Assembly: GCF_018350175.1 (NCBI RefSeq)
Contig: NC_058382.1
Coordinates: 51,028,001-51,092,000 of the forward strand
Source of the DNA: Felis catus
Taxonomy: Eukaryota
Length of the DNA stretch: 64,000 bases
Reading direction: 5' to 3'
The notes beneath the pieces were generated by a model. The model had not been told where the DNA came from. It saw nothing but the letters and a program-made list of their open reading frames with translations, and ran no database searches. The position numbers and the translations under genes were made by a program. Below, piece after piece: positions 49,702 to 62,556 of the stretch (positions are counted from its first letter, which is position 1; every line of letters starts with the position of its first letter).

Positions 49702-52700
49702 TCAGGATCCACCTAAGAGTGAAACCATATGGTATCTGTCTCTGTATGGCTTATTTCACTTAGCATCACACTCTCCAGTTCCATCCACGTTGCTACAAAG
49801 GGCCATATTTCATTTTTTCTCATTGCCATGTAGAATTCCATTGTGTATATAAACCACAATTTCTTTATCCATTCATCAGTTGATGGACATTTAGGCTCTT
49901 TCCATAATTTGGCTATTGTTGAGAGTGCTGCTATGAACATTGGGGTACAAGTGGCCCTATGCATCAGTACTCCTGTATCCCTTGGGTAAATTCCTAGCAG
50001 TGCTACTGCTGGGTCATAGGGTAGGTCTATTTTTAATTTTCTGAGGAACCTCCACACTGCTTTCCAGAGCGGCTGCACCAATTTGCATTCCCACCAACAG
50101 TGCAAGAGGGTTCCCGTTTCTCCACATCCTCTCCAGCATATATAGTCTCCTGATTTGTTCATTTTGGCCACTCTGACTGGCGTGAGGTGATACCTGAGTG
50201 TGGTTTTGATTTGTATTTCCCTGATAAGGAGCGATGCTGAACATCTTTTCAAGTGCCTGTTGGCCATCCGGATGTCTTCTTTAGAGAAGTGTCTATTCAT
50301 GTTTTCTGCCCATTTGTTCACTGGGTTATTTGTTTTTCGGGTGTGGAGTTTGGTGAGCTCTTTATAGATTTTGGATACTAGCCCTTTGTCCGATATGTCA
50401 TTTGCAAATATCTTTTCCCATTCCGTTGGTTGCCTTTTAGTTTTGTTGGTTGTTTCCTTTGCTGTGCAGAAGCTTTTTATCTTCATAAGGTCCCAGTAAT
50501 TCACTTTTGCTTTTAATTCCCTTGCCTTTGGGGATGTGTCGAGTAAGAGATTGCTACGGCTGAGGTCAGAGAGGTCTTTTCCTGCTTTCTCCTCTAAGGT
50601 TTTGATGGTTTCCTGTCTCACGTTTAGGTCTTTTATCCATTTTGAGTTTATTTTTGTGAATGGTGTGAGAAAGTGGTCTAGTTTCAACCTTCTGCATGTT
50701 GCTGTCCAGTTCTCCCAGCACCATTTGTTAAAGAGGCTGTCTTTTTTCCATTGGATGTTCTTTCCTGCTTTGTCAAAGATGAGTTGGCCATACGTTTGTG
50801 GGTCTAGTTCTGGGGTTTCTATTCTATTCCATTGGTCTATGTGTCTGTTTTTGTGCCAATACCATGCTGTCTTGATGATGACAGCTTTGTAGTAGAGGCT
50901 AAAGTCTGTGATTGTGATGCCTCCTGCTTTGGTCTTCTTCTTCTTCAAAATTCCTTTGGCTATTCGGGGCCTTTTGTGGTTCCATATGAATTTTAGGATT
51001 GCTTGTTCTAGTTTCGAGAAGAATGCTGGTGCAATTTTGATTAGGATTGCATTGAATGTGTAGATAGCTTTGGGTAGTATTGACATTTTGACAATATTTA
51101 TTCTTCCAATCCATGAGCAGGGAATGTCTTTCCATTTCTTTATAAGCTTTATATACCTTTATAAGCTTCAATTACCTTTATAAGCTTTCTATAGTTTTCA
51201 GCATACAGATCCTTTACATCTTTGGTTAGATTTATTCCTAGGTATTTTATGCTTCTTGGTGCAATTGTGAATGGGATCAGTTTCTTTATTTGTCTTTCTG
51301 TTGCTTCATTGTTAGTGTATAAGAATGCAACTGATTTCTGTACATTGATTTTGTATCCTGCAACTTTGCTGAATTCCTGTATCAGTTCTAGCAGACTTTT
51401 GGTGGAGTCTATCGGATTTTCCACGTATAATATCATGTCATCTGCAAAAAGCGCAAGCTTGACTTCATCTTTGCCAATTTTGATGCCTTTGATTTCCTTT
51501 TGTTGTCTGATTGCTGATGCTAGAACTTCCAGCACTATGTTAAACAACAGCGGTGAGAGTGGGCATCCCTGTCGTGTTCCTGATCTCAGGGAAAAAGCTC
51601 TCAGTTTTTCCCCGTTGAGGATGATGTTAGCTGTGGGCTTTTCATAAATGGCTTTTATGATCTTTAAGTATGTTCCTTCTATCCCGACTTTTTATTAAGA
51701 AAGGGTGCTGGATTTTGTCAAAGGCCTTTTCTGCATCGATTGACAGGATCATATGGTTCTTCTCTTTTTTTTTTTGTTAATGTGATATATCACGTTGATT
51801 GATTTGTGAATGTTGAACCAGCCCTGCATCCCAGGAATGAATCCCACTTGATCATGGTGAATAATTCTTTTTATATGCCGTTGAATTCGATTTGCTAGTA
51901 TCTTATTGAGAATTTTTGCAACCATATCCATCAGAGATATTGGCCTGTAGTTCTCTTTTTTTACTGGGTCTCTGGTTTAGGAATCAAAGTAATACTGGCT
52001 TCATAGAATGAGTCTGGAAGTTTTCCTTCCCTTTCTATTTCTTGGAATAGCTTGAGAAGGATAGGTATTATCTCTGCTTTAAACGTCTGGTACAACTCCC
52101 CTGGGAAGCCATCTGGTCCTGGACTCTTATTTGTTGGGAGATTTTTGATAACCGATTCAATTTCTTCGCTGGTTATGGGCCTGTTCAAGCTTTCTATTTC
52201 CTCCTGATTGAGTTTTGGAAGAGTGTGGGTGTTCAGGAATTTGTCCATTTCTTCCAGGTTGTCCAATTTGTTGGCATATAATTTTTCATAGTATTCCCTG
52301 ATAATTGTTTGTATCTCTGAGGGATTGGTTGTAATAATTCCATTTTCATTCATGATTTTATCTATTTGGGTCATCTCCCTTTTCTTTTTGAGAAGCCTGG
52401 CTAGAGGTTTGTCAATTTTGTTTATTTTTTCAAAAAACCAACTCTTGGTTTCATTGATCTGCTCTACAGTTTTTTTAGATTCTATATTGTTTATTTCTGC
52501 TCTGATCTTTATTATTTCTCTTCTTCTGCTGGGTTTAGGCTGCCTTTGCTGTTCTGCTTCTAGTTCCTTTAGGTGTGCTGTTAGATTTTGTATTTGGGAT
52601 TTTTCTTGTTTCTTGAGATAGGCCTGGATTGCAATGTATTTTCCTCTCAGGACTGCCTTCGCTGCGTCCCAAAGCGTTTGGATTGTTGTATTTTCATTTT

Positions 52701-53523
52701 CGTTTGTTTCCATATATTTTTTAATTTCTTCTCTAATTGCCTGGTTGACCCACTCATTTGTTAGTAGGGTGTTCTTTAACCTCCATGCTTTTGGAGGTTT
52801 TCCAGACTTTTTTCTGTGGTTGATTTCAAGCTTCATAGCATTGTGGTCTGAAAGTATGCATGGTATAATTTCAATTCTTGTAAACTTATGAAGGGCTGTT
52901 TTGTGACCCAGTATATGATCTATCTTGGAGAATGTTCCATGTGCACTCGAGAAGAAAGTATATTCTGTTGCTTTGGGATGTAGAGTTCTAAATATATCTG
53001 TCAAGTCCATCTGATCCAATGTCTCATTCAGGGCCCTTGTTTCTTTATTGACCGTGTGTCTAGATGATCTATCCATTTCTGTAAGTGGGGTGTTAAAGTC
53101 CCCTGCAATTACCACATTCTTATCAATAAGGTTGCTTATGTTTATGAGTAATTGTTTTGTATATTTGGGGGCTCCGGTATTCGGCGCATAGACATTTATA
53201 ATTGTTAGCTCTTCCTGATGGATAGACCCTGTAACTATTATATAATGTCTTCTTCATCTCTTGTTACAGCCTTTAATTTAAAGTCTAGTTTGTCTGATAT
53301 AAGTATGGCTACTCCAGCTTTCTTTTGGCTTCCAGTAGCATGGTAGTTCTCCATCCCCTCACTCTCAATCTAAAGGTGTCCTCAGATCTAAAATGAGTCT
53401 CTTGTAGACAGCAAATAGATGGGTCTTGTTTTTTTATCCATTCTGATACCTATGTCTTTTGGTTGGCGCATTTAATCCATTTACATTCAGTGTTATTATA
53501 GAAAGATACGGGTTGAGAGTCAT
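49702..53523 (-). pseudogene. L1 ORF2p (endonuclease + reverse transcriptase + CCHC), frameshifted
   Basis: Starts MTLNPYLSIITLNVNGLNAP (ATG at 53523). Pieces carry GDFNTPL and SDHN (EN), LFADD and KYLG (RT), and CCHC. Indels near 53450, 53345, 53250, 51970, 51690, 51150 and 49740 split it into track ORFs 51961-53115, 51749-51931, 51149-51547 and 49713-51086. Confidence 0.95.
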
Positions 53524-53573
53524 TGTGATGTCGGTATGTTTTATGCTTGTAGTGATGTCTCTGGGACTTTGTC

Positions 53574-54467
53574 TCACAGGGTCCCCCTTAGGATCTCTTG
53601 TAGGGCTGGTTTAGTGGTGACAAATTCCTTCAGTTTTTGTTTGTTTGGGAAGACCTTTATCTCTCCTTCTATTCTAAATGACAGACTTGCTGGATAAAGG
53701 ATTCTTGGCTGCATATTTTTTCTGTCTAGCACCCTGAAAATCTCATGCCAATTCTTTCTGGCCTGCCAAGTTTCAAAAGAGAGATCAGTCACGAGTCTTA
53801 TAGGTTTCCCTTTATATGTGAGGGCACGTTTACCCCTTGCTGCTTTCAGAATTTTCTCTTTATCCTTGTATTTTGCCAGTTTCACTATGATATGTCGTGC
53901 AGAAGATCGATTCAAGTTACGTCTGAAGGGAGTTCTCTGTGCCTCTTGGATTTCAATGCCTTTTTCCTTCCCCAGTTCAGGGAAATTCTCAGCTATTATT
54001 TCTTCAAGTACCCCTTCAGCACCTTTCCCTCTCTCTTCCTCCTCTGGGATACCAATTATGCGTATATTATTTCTTTTTAGTGTATCACTTAGTTCTCTAA
54101 TTTTCCCCTCATACTCCTGGATTTTTTTATCTCTCTTTTTCTCAGCTTCCTCTTTTTCCATAACTTTATCTTCTAGTTCACCTATTCTCTCCTCTGCCTC
54201 TTCAAGCCGAGCTGTGGTGGTTTCCATTTTGTTATGCATTTCGTTTAAAGCGTTTTTCAGCTCCTCGTGACTGTTCCTTAGTCCCTTGATCTCTGTAGCA
54301 AGAGATTCTCTGCTGTCCTCTATACTGTTTTCAAGCCCAGCGATTAATTTTATGACTATTATTCTAAATTCACTTTCTGTTATATTATTTAAATCCTTTT
54401 TGATCAGCTCATTAGCTGTTGTTATTTCCTGGAGATTCTTCTGAGGGGAATTCTTCCGCTTGGTCAT
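53574..54467 (-). CDS. L1 ORF1p (RNA-binding chaperone), 297 aa, open
   Basis: ATG at 54467 (MTKRKNSPQKNLQE), coiled-coil heptads, RNNIRIIGIPE, ARHIIVK, YPASLSF motifs. No internal stop. Confidence 0.93.
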   Translation of the reverse strand: MTKRKNSPQKNLQEITTANELIKKDLNNITESEFRIIVIKLIAGLENSIEDSRESLATEIKGLRNSHEELKNALNEMHNKMETTTARLEEAEERIGELEDKVMEKEEAEKKRDKKIQEYEGKIRELSDTLKRNNIRIIGIPEEEERGKGAEGVLEEIIAENFPELGKEKGIEIQEAQRTPFRRNLNRSSARHIIVKLAKYKDKEKILKAARGKRALTYKGKPIRLVTDLSFETWQARKNWHEIFRVLDRKNMQPRILYPASLSFRIEGEIKVFPNKQKLKEFVTTKPALQEILRGTL

Positions 54468-55397
54468 TTTGGATAGTCCCTGGCGTGGTGAGGACCTGCA
54501 GGGCACTTCCCCTGTGCTGTGGTGTATAACTGGAGTTGGTGGGCGGGGCCGCAGTCAGACCTGATGTCTGCCCCCAGCCCACCGCTGGGGCCACAGTCAG
54601 ACTGGTGTGTGCCTTCTCTTCCCCTCTCCTAGGGGCGGGATTCACTGTGGGGTGGTGTGGCCCATCTGGGCTACTTGCACACTGCCAGGCTTGTGATGCT
54701 GGGGATCTGGCGTATTAGCTGGGGTGGGTAGGCAAGGTGCACAGGGGCAGGAGGGGCAGGCTTAGATCGCTTCTCCTTAGGTGATCCACTTCAGGAGGGG
54801 CCCTGTGGCAGCGGGAGGGAGTCAGATCCGCTGCAGGAGGTTTGGCTCCGCAGAAGCACAGAGTTGGGTGTTTGCGCGGAGCGAGCAAGTTCCCTGGCAG
54901 GAACTGGTTCTCTTTGGGATTTTGGCTGGGGGATGGGCGGGGGAGATGGCGCCGGTGAGCGCCTTTGTTCCCCATCAAACTGAGCTCTGTTGTGAGGGGG
55001 CTCAGCAGCTCTCCCTCCCTTTGTCCCCCAGCCTTCCCGCTTTCCGAGCAGAGCTGTTAACTTATGACCTCCCAGACGCTAAGTCGCGCTTGTTGTGGGA
55101 ACACAGTCCGTCAGGCCCCTCCGCTTTTGCCAGCCAGACTCGGGGGCTCTGCTTGGCCGGCGAGCCGCCCCTCCGCCCCGGCTCCCTCCCTCCAGTCCGT
55201 GGAACGCGCACCGCCTCGCCGCCCTTCCTACCCTCTCCGTGGGCCTCTCATCTGTGTTTGGCTCCGGCGACTCCATTCTGCTAATCCTCTGGCGGTTTTC
55301 TGGGTTATTTAGGCAGGTGTAGGTGGAATCTAAGTGATCAGCAGGACGTGCGGTGAGCCCAGCGTCCTCCTAAGCCGCCATCTTCTCTTCCCGGTCA
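54468..55397 (-). promoter_or_regulatory. L1 5'UTR internal promoter, CpG-rich, with YY1 motif
   Basis: AAGATGGCGGC (YY1 consensus) at 55374-55384, ~13 nt from the 5' end as in other mammalian L1s. Dense CpGs at ~54780-55390. Confidence 0.85.
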
Positions 55398-55409
55398 GTT
55401 CATCCAAAA

Positions 55410-55735
55410 TTTTATTCAAGCATTGTGGAAGTGAAGCTGTGCCTCCTTTCTCTTAGAGGTGAATGAGCAAGTAAGAGATCTCAATTCCTTATTATAACTA
55501 TCCTGTGTCCATGAAAGAACTCGGCATGGAGACAAAGCCTGACCTCTTTGGTACACAGAAGATGTCAAAAACAAGTAGACCACAGAAGAATGAAGTCATC
55601 CCTGGTCAAACCATACCTGAATCCCATTTGCTTCTGAATACTTCAGATATGTGAGTCAATAAATACCTAGACTCTTTAAACCAGTTAAAGCTTATTTTGT
55701 CGTTGTTAGCAACCAAAGCCAAATCCTAGAGACAC
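55410..55735 (+). mobile_element. Old MaLR LTR 3' half (MLT1J/K-like); 5' half at ~49150-49378
   Basis: cttcagatatgtgagtcaataaatacc...ttaaaccagtt...gttagcaaccaaagcc resembles the MLT1J/K terminus. The upstream flank of the L1 has matching MLT-like sequence. Confidence 0.65.
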
Positions 55736-55999
55736 TGCCACATACATACATGAGCTATTTCCCTTAATTCTGCCCAAACCCAGGAGAGGTTTTATTATTG
55801 CCCCCATTTTACATTTGAGGAAAATGAGAAAGGGAAATTTCCCAAATTACTGTAGTTTGTAAAGAGTGAAGAAACTTTGGATCTGATCCGTCTTACAAGC
55901 CCATGCTCTCAGCCATGGCACCACACATTCCCACACCCAACTTTCTGCTCCAAAACATGTCTCTAATGGTAGTTCTGTAGGCCTTCAACTATAGGATGA

Positions 56000-56278
56000 T
56001 TTTTTTATATTTTATTTTAATTTTTATTTATTTATGTTTTTAATTCCAGTACAGTTAACATCCTGTGTTATATTAGCCCCAGGTGTACAATATAATGATT
56101 CAACACTTCTATCCATTATTCAGTGCTCATGAAGATAAATATATTCTTCTTTTCATAGGTATGATTCTGCTTTTTGTTTGTTTATTCATTTGTTTTGTTT
56201 TTCATTTATTTATTATTATTTTATTTTTCATTCCAGTATAATCAACGTATGGTATTATATTAGTTCCAGGCTTACACA
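56000..56278 (-). mobile_element. Two short carnivore L1 3'-end fragments
   Basis: T-rich tails followed by ttccagtacagttaac...gtgtacaatataatgattcaaca and again ttccagtataatcaacg...tattagttccagg. Confidence 0.75.
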
Positions 56279-58164
56279 CGAAAAAAAATTGAATAAATGA
56301 CTTTATAAAATCCAAAACAGAAAACATGAGGAGTTTAGATAATGTTAAAATATATACAAACAAACCAAGTTAAACTAAAAATACAATCAAATTTAGCATT
56401 TTTTTTTTGTCAAAACCAATCATTCAGGGACATTAGGTATCCATGGACCATGTTGATCACATGGATTAAAATGTCAAATCTTAAGAAATACTTTTAAAGA
56501 AAGCTAAATAAAAATGGATCTCACAAGGGCATCCTATTTTGTTTTTCAAACTGGGGACAAGTGTTGGCTGTAATTCAACACTGTGAACATCATAAAATTT
56601 AGGGTTCTCTTAAGACTGTGATTCCCTGGCTTGCACTGATGGCTTTCTAAATAGATTTCAGCATATGTATTTGAAAGTCATTCCTACGTAACATAAAAGA
56701 TTTTAAACAAAAGTGCCTTGTGTATTATTTATACATATACATATGCAAAATTCTATATGTACATGCATAAGATCACATATGTAAGTATATATACATATAA
56801 CTCATATATGTATGAATTTGTATCTATCTACAACTTTATCCTTATCCAATAGGTGTATATAAGTTACACTATTCTTGTAGTGTTCTTTCTCACAATCAAG
56901 TAAATATAATACCTGCTCACTCAGGTTTTACACTGTCCCCCTACAGAAGCATGTGCTGCCATCCATGGTATTATAAAAGTGAGTAAGAGATGGGCTAGAT
57001 TTCTTCACACTCCAAAAAAGCCCTCTCCCCGCAACAGTTAAATTCCACAGGGACCCTAAGGATTCAGAACATGCTGTAACAGCGATTCGCTTCATCATCC
57101 GCTACAGAACTGAATTACCCCACACTAATTCTTCTTGATGCTGGGAACCGGCAAATACACTGGAGAAAACCAGGTCTTTGGTATGTTTCCAATTAACAAA
57201 TGTGTATCTCCCCCCTGGAAAAGGTCCCTGCCTGAGAAACCAATTAGTAGCTATTCTTGGCAGAATTTAATATTTTTCTTTTGGCCTATTGTGGACATTT
57301 TGACTCCAGTGCACGCCCATTTTCCCTAAACAGAAATGACAAGGTCTACACTGAATCTTTCAAAAAGAGCAAAAGGTAGATGCTCTTGGAAACCGGGCTC
57401 TTAAAACAGAGGAAGCTAAGACAGTATGTTGTACATTGATATTTCTCTTGTTTAAAGAAGCAGTAGCATTTAAACGCACTAAATCCACTCGATACTACAT
57501 AAGCAAGTGTTCCGCCCAAGGGGATTTGGACCTGTTCAAATCCGGGAACTTGCCCGTTCCAGGAGAATGATGACATCCTAAGAGCCAGGCCTTCCTTACA
57601 CTAAGCGGCCCAAAAGCCCTTCCCATAGGTATTCATGCACTTCTGGAGGAGATTTTCTGTTTAGCAAACTTATCCCTCAGACAGAAGTGAATCTTCAAAG
57701 AAATCTGATACCAAATAGACAAGTTTTGAGAAAATTTCCAGGGAGAGGGTCAGGAAAAGCCTGGAGTGTATAATTACCAAAACAAGAAAATGGCTCAGGC
57801 TGCAAATAGAGGCTGGGATTCTAAACAGAAGGATCCTGGACCCAAGTCAGGCAGACCTGGTTTGATACCTGGGTTTGCCACCTGCCCACTGCGTGACATT
57901 CACCAAGTCTTTCCAAAGGTCTCTCTATGCTTTGGTTTTCTCAGTTTTGTCTTTTAAGTCAGAATAATACCTACTTCAAGGGATGATTGTGATAAAGCTC
58001 CTGGCTCTTCTAAATTCTCAGTCAACTGTTCTGGCCATCACTGAACCGTCAACCACACACTTCTAAACACACCCTCACAGCAGATCCCCATCAACCTGCC
58101 AACAGAGAGCTGTGTTCTCAAGACCCCAGGCACAAAGCCTCGTTTTCTTCGACCCTTCCTGAGG

Positions 58165-58780
58165 CCAGCGGAACTCTAAGAATGGCCCCTACAATTCCAC
58201 ACCCTGAACCCCGGATCCTGTGGATCTGATGAGATACCCTTCCCAATTTCATTCTCATCTCACGTGGCACAGTGACTGTGTTGTGCCAGATGACACAGTT
58301 GACCTTAAATCAGGGAGATGACCTGGACGGCCATCACACGGGTCTCTGAAAGCAAACAGCTGTCACAGCAGGTAGGAGAAGGGCATGTTGGAGGGATCTA
58401 CAAGGTGAGAAGGGCTGGACATACTGTCGCTAGTTTGAGGACTGAGAGACCACGCAAGAAGGAATGTGATGGTCTTAAGGAGCTGGGAGAGAGGCCTGCA
58501 GCCTCTAGCCAGTGGGTGACAAATGGGACCTCGGTCCTACAAGTACAAGAAATGAAGTTCTACCAAAGCCTGAATGACTTGGAAGTGGATTCTTCCTCAG
58601 AGACCCCAAGAAGGAAGGAGGCCCGGCTGACACAGGTATTTCGCTCTGCGGACTCAAGAAGAGGACCAGCCACGCCATAACAGTCTTCGGATCTGCACAG
58701 CCGTGGACACAAGAACTTCATGTGGCTTTAAGTCACTGTAGTTTTGGTGATTTGTTACACAGCAGTAGACAACGACTGTT
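58165..58780 (+). mobile_element. MaLR LTR (MLT1E-like)
   Basis: actctaagaatggcccc...gggacctcggtcctacaa...cctgaatgacttggaagtggattcttcc...taagtcactgtagttttggtgatttgttacacagcagtagacaac. Confidence 0.85.
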
Positions 58781-61747
58781 TCACTTCCACAGAGACAGAG
58801 AGAGTAAAGAAACAGCAACCAAGAGACAGACAGACACTGCAAATGGAGCAAAATCAACCGTCAGCAATCCGTGAACCGAGGTAAAGGGTGTAAGAGTTTT
58901 GTATGTTGTTGTGCACAACTTCTCAGCAAATTTGAAAATACAGCCAGAACAAGTTACACATAATTCAAGCACAGGGTGAAATAAAAGCCTCTGACACCTG
59001 CGTAACTGCCAGTAGATAATGCAAATCCATAAACCCTCGTGTAAGTTTATAGGAGCCTTGGGTTGTCTGGCACTGGTGGTCCTCAGTGAGGAGACAAAAG
59101 CATCCAGCGCCAGTGATAAAACAATCTCAGGTCTATTTCAGACAGTATGAGGTCAAAAGAGGTTTCCCTTTTTAATTTTGGCATTATCACCTTTAAAAAA
59201 ATGATCTCCGCCAGAATCTATTTACAGGAGGTTCACGGATGCGATGGGGCCATAAATCTGAGGATACGGTTCTGTCCCAAAGCTGAGTATCGGCATATCA
59301 CAACATGCATGATCATTCCTTTGGCAGTTTCTCAAAACACACTCATGTGACAAAGAGATTTTTCACAAAGGAACCCTTCTGACACCAGCTTGTTGTGTTT
59401 ACAAGGCAGTCTTAAAAATTAGTAGAGGCGTGATCATGTCAATACCTGTTCCATCAGTGGCTTTCAGGGGTCCTTCTACACAAAGTAAAACAAACATGGA
59501 TAAACAGAGTCTGTTATTGATTTCTCTGCTTCACACTTACTAACAAACATATTTCAGAGTCTAGAAATAAGTCAAACATTGCTCAACTTATGCTTTAAAA
59601 TATCCTCCAGGTCCACTTTCTGTACTTCCTCTGTCAATCCTCTCAGTTGTGCATTTTTCATTAAGCTTCTTGGATTAACTTTCATCCCTATCCCTCCTGT
59701 CAATAGTACCCTAAGATATTTTGACATTGATTATCAACATCAATTTCAGTTTGATGCCATCTGTTATGCACTGTGGGACTTCAGCATGCCTTTTCTTTCT
59801 TTCCCTTTTTTTCCCCTAAGCTAATTTGAATTCCTGTATCTCCTGACACGTAGGAACAGTCTGATCCTACAAAGCATTTTGAGAAAGAAGAAAATCAGAC
59901 GTTTTGCCCCTCTTCTGTCCACAGGAAACCATCTCTCTGGCTCTGAGTAACTTGGCAGTGGTCAAAGGGCTAAAGTCAGGACTCACTGAATCACCCTCCC
60001 ACCCCACTCCTCCCAAGGAAGCCCTTTCGTTTCTGGACAATGAGAGTAATTTCTTCCATGATGCTTCCCTGCATGGGTGCAAATTTGCATCTGTGGAATT
60101 TTGGCCCATTGTTCTTTGTTTGGCCCTTTATCTCCGTATGGGTTAAAACGATGCTGTCTTCCAGATAACTGCTTTCCTAACCTGTGAAGACATCCCACTC
60201 CTTCCCAGTGCCCAGCCCCTCCCTCTTCCAAGAGGGGAGCACCTCACACCCTGGCACCCTTCCCTGGACCAGCTCCCTCTGATGAGCATCGTGATGAGAG
60301 GGCAGCCTGCGCAACCCCTCTGTCATCTCGAACTGACGTGTTATACTAGAAATGACTGCGGTTCTAAAAGAGCTGTGCTATTTTATTACAACTAATAGGT
60401 CTTGACGTCTTCTACGCTTTCAAATCCCCAGACAGCCCAAGACCCTGACAATGTGCTGCGATCCTACTACCCGAAGCAAAATAAATCAGGGTATAAAGCT
60501 TTACAAAGAACGAGCGCTAATACCACCCCAAATTAACCCAATTGAGTGAAAACATAAAGCTGCAGTTCCTCACGTTAAACCCCAGTCTTGTGATTCTAGA
60601 CTTCTCTATCTTTTGAACACATTAAAATGTTTTATGTAGAGGAACAGAGGTATCTTAATGTTTAATCCTCTCCTACATGAAATTTGAGGGAGCAAAAAAT
60701 ATATATATTTCACATTGGTCCAGGAACCTTTTTATATTTTAGTCACCTAAAGGCAAAGAGCCACACTTCCAGTTGCTTACACAGAAAACATGACAGCAGC
60801 ACTCATGGAGCGGAACTGGAATTTTTTTGACTTGCTCTGAACTGCTTTTGCATTTGGGAGAAGCGAAGAATTTTGATTTAGACGCCATGGTCCTTCCTCA
60901 CATGCTGAATAAGGATGTTCATATATTTTGCAAAATAAGATCGACGGTCGCCCTCGAACCTGTATTTAAAACTGTGATATGGTAGAGAAATATAAAAATA
61001 AAAGTACCTACCAAATACAAATGTTCTTTTACTATCAAATTAAAACTGCTTAAAACCTGCTTATAAACTCTGTTCGTTTCCAGAGATTGCTGCTTTCTGC
61101 CTAATGTCTCTCTGGAGTTGTGACCAGCTGTTCTTGTTACTTAAACGTTTGATAGGAAAACACCTGGAAACAAATGGTTTCCACAGGGAAATGTGTTGTG
61201 CGTTTGCCAAAAAAGAAAGGGAGACCCGAAAATGGCTACAAGTAAATAATTTTGCTACCCCATTAAAAAAATAATAATAAACCATAAGGTACAGATTTCA
61301 TATATGTAGGAAGCCCAACTTTTATGTAAGTCTGACTCTTTAACAAGAATACAATAGTCAGGTTTACTGTTTTTATTAAATCCAATATGAATGGTATAGT
61401 TGACTTCAGCTGTTTGTTTTTTAATCCAACCCTCAAATCTAAAAGTATATATAGGGTTAATGAATTAAATCTGCAATAGTTAGTATGCACCTCTAAAAAC
61501 TATGTTTTGGAGAATTTATAAAAAATTTTCTGCTTTGAACTTACCCCGAATCTCTGATAACAAGATTCTAACCCATTCCCTTTACATTCCTTCTTGAGTC
61601 ACCAAGTCCGAACACAGAACATAAAGGGCTAAATTATGAGGCAAAATAAGTCGATGAACCCTAGGATTTCATGACTTGTTCCAAGCATGGCAAGGAGCAT
61701 CTTAAATAGGTGTCCATATAAACCAGCATCCAATGATTTTACTTTTG

Positions 61748-61749
<2 letters not shown>

Positions 61750-61790
<41 letters not shown>
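61750..61790 (+). repeat. (CA)n microsatellite
   Basis: About 20 perfect units. Confidence 0.97.
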
Positions 61791-61792
<2 letters not shown>

Positions 61793-62525
61793 TTGTATGA
61801 CCTATAGAAAACGTCAGGAAGTAGACATAGCAGATTGCTAACAGTAGTTTCTTCTAGCGCTGGAACTGGAAGTTGAGAGGGACAGAATTCACAATTTTGC
61901 TCCTTTGGAATATGTACCACATTTAAAACAAACAAAACACTAAACCAAAGGAAGACAACTGATTTTGCTAGTGGTAGCCATGCAATGAAATGCCTATAGG
62001 TAACAATCATGCCCCTGTGCTTGGGCCTCACATCCCGTGTATCCACACCAACTGTTTTCTCATGTGTCATCACTTGAGCGCCCTATGACAGCTCTCTAGT
62101 GCTGGTAGGACAGATACTCTCATTTTCATTTTACCAATTAGTACAATGGGGATCAGACAAAGTAGTCTTGAACGATTTCATACAGGGACGTAATAGCTAG
62201 GAATTGGACCCAGACCTTCAAGCAAAGCCAAATGCACAGTTGTTTCTTCTAAATCCTGCCTCTAAAACACAACTGCCAGCCTTGCTGGAAACATTTCATT
62301 GAGAAAATGCTCAGTGAGTGCTGAAAGTGTACCAGGAAGCAAAATGAAGTCAACAGGTGTTTCAAAAATCTTCTCTGGGGAAGCGCCACTGATGAAAAGA
62401 GATAAATCTTAATAATCATTTGTAGAGTTGGATTAACGGTGACTAAGCAAGTTTTACAACCTCAGTGTATTTTGAGCAGGCAGTCACTGCTGCCAACTAT
62501 AGTCCTTCCATAATCTTCAGTGATG

Positions 62526-62556
<31 letters not shown>

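Larger units (their letters stand above)
49449..55397 (-). mobile_element. Full-length felid LINE-1 (ORF1 intact, ORF2 disrupted), inserted into an old MLT1 LTR
   Basis: About 5.95 kb: 5'UTR, ORF1, ORF2, 3'UTR, poly(A). TSD gttcatccaaaa at 49367-49378 and 55398-55409. Confidence 0.98.

Noticed and set aside
53574..54506. 310-aa ORF1 start given by the track
   Set aside because: It uses a non-ATG start; the first in-frame ATG at 54467 gives a typical ORF1p.
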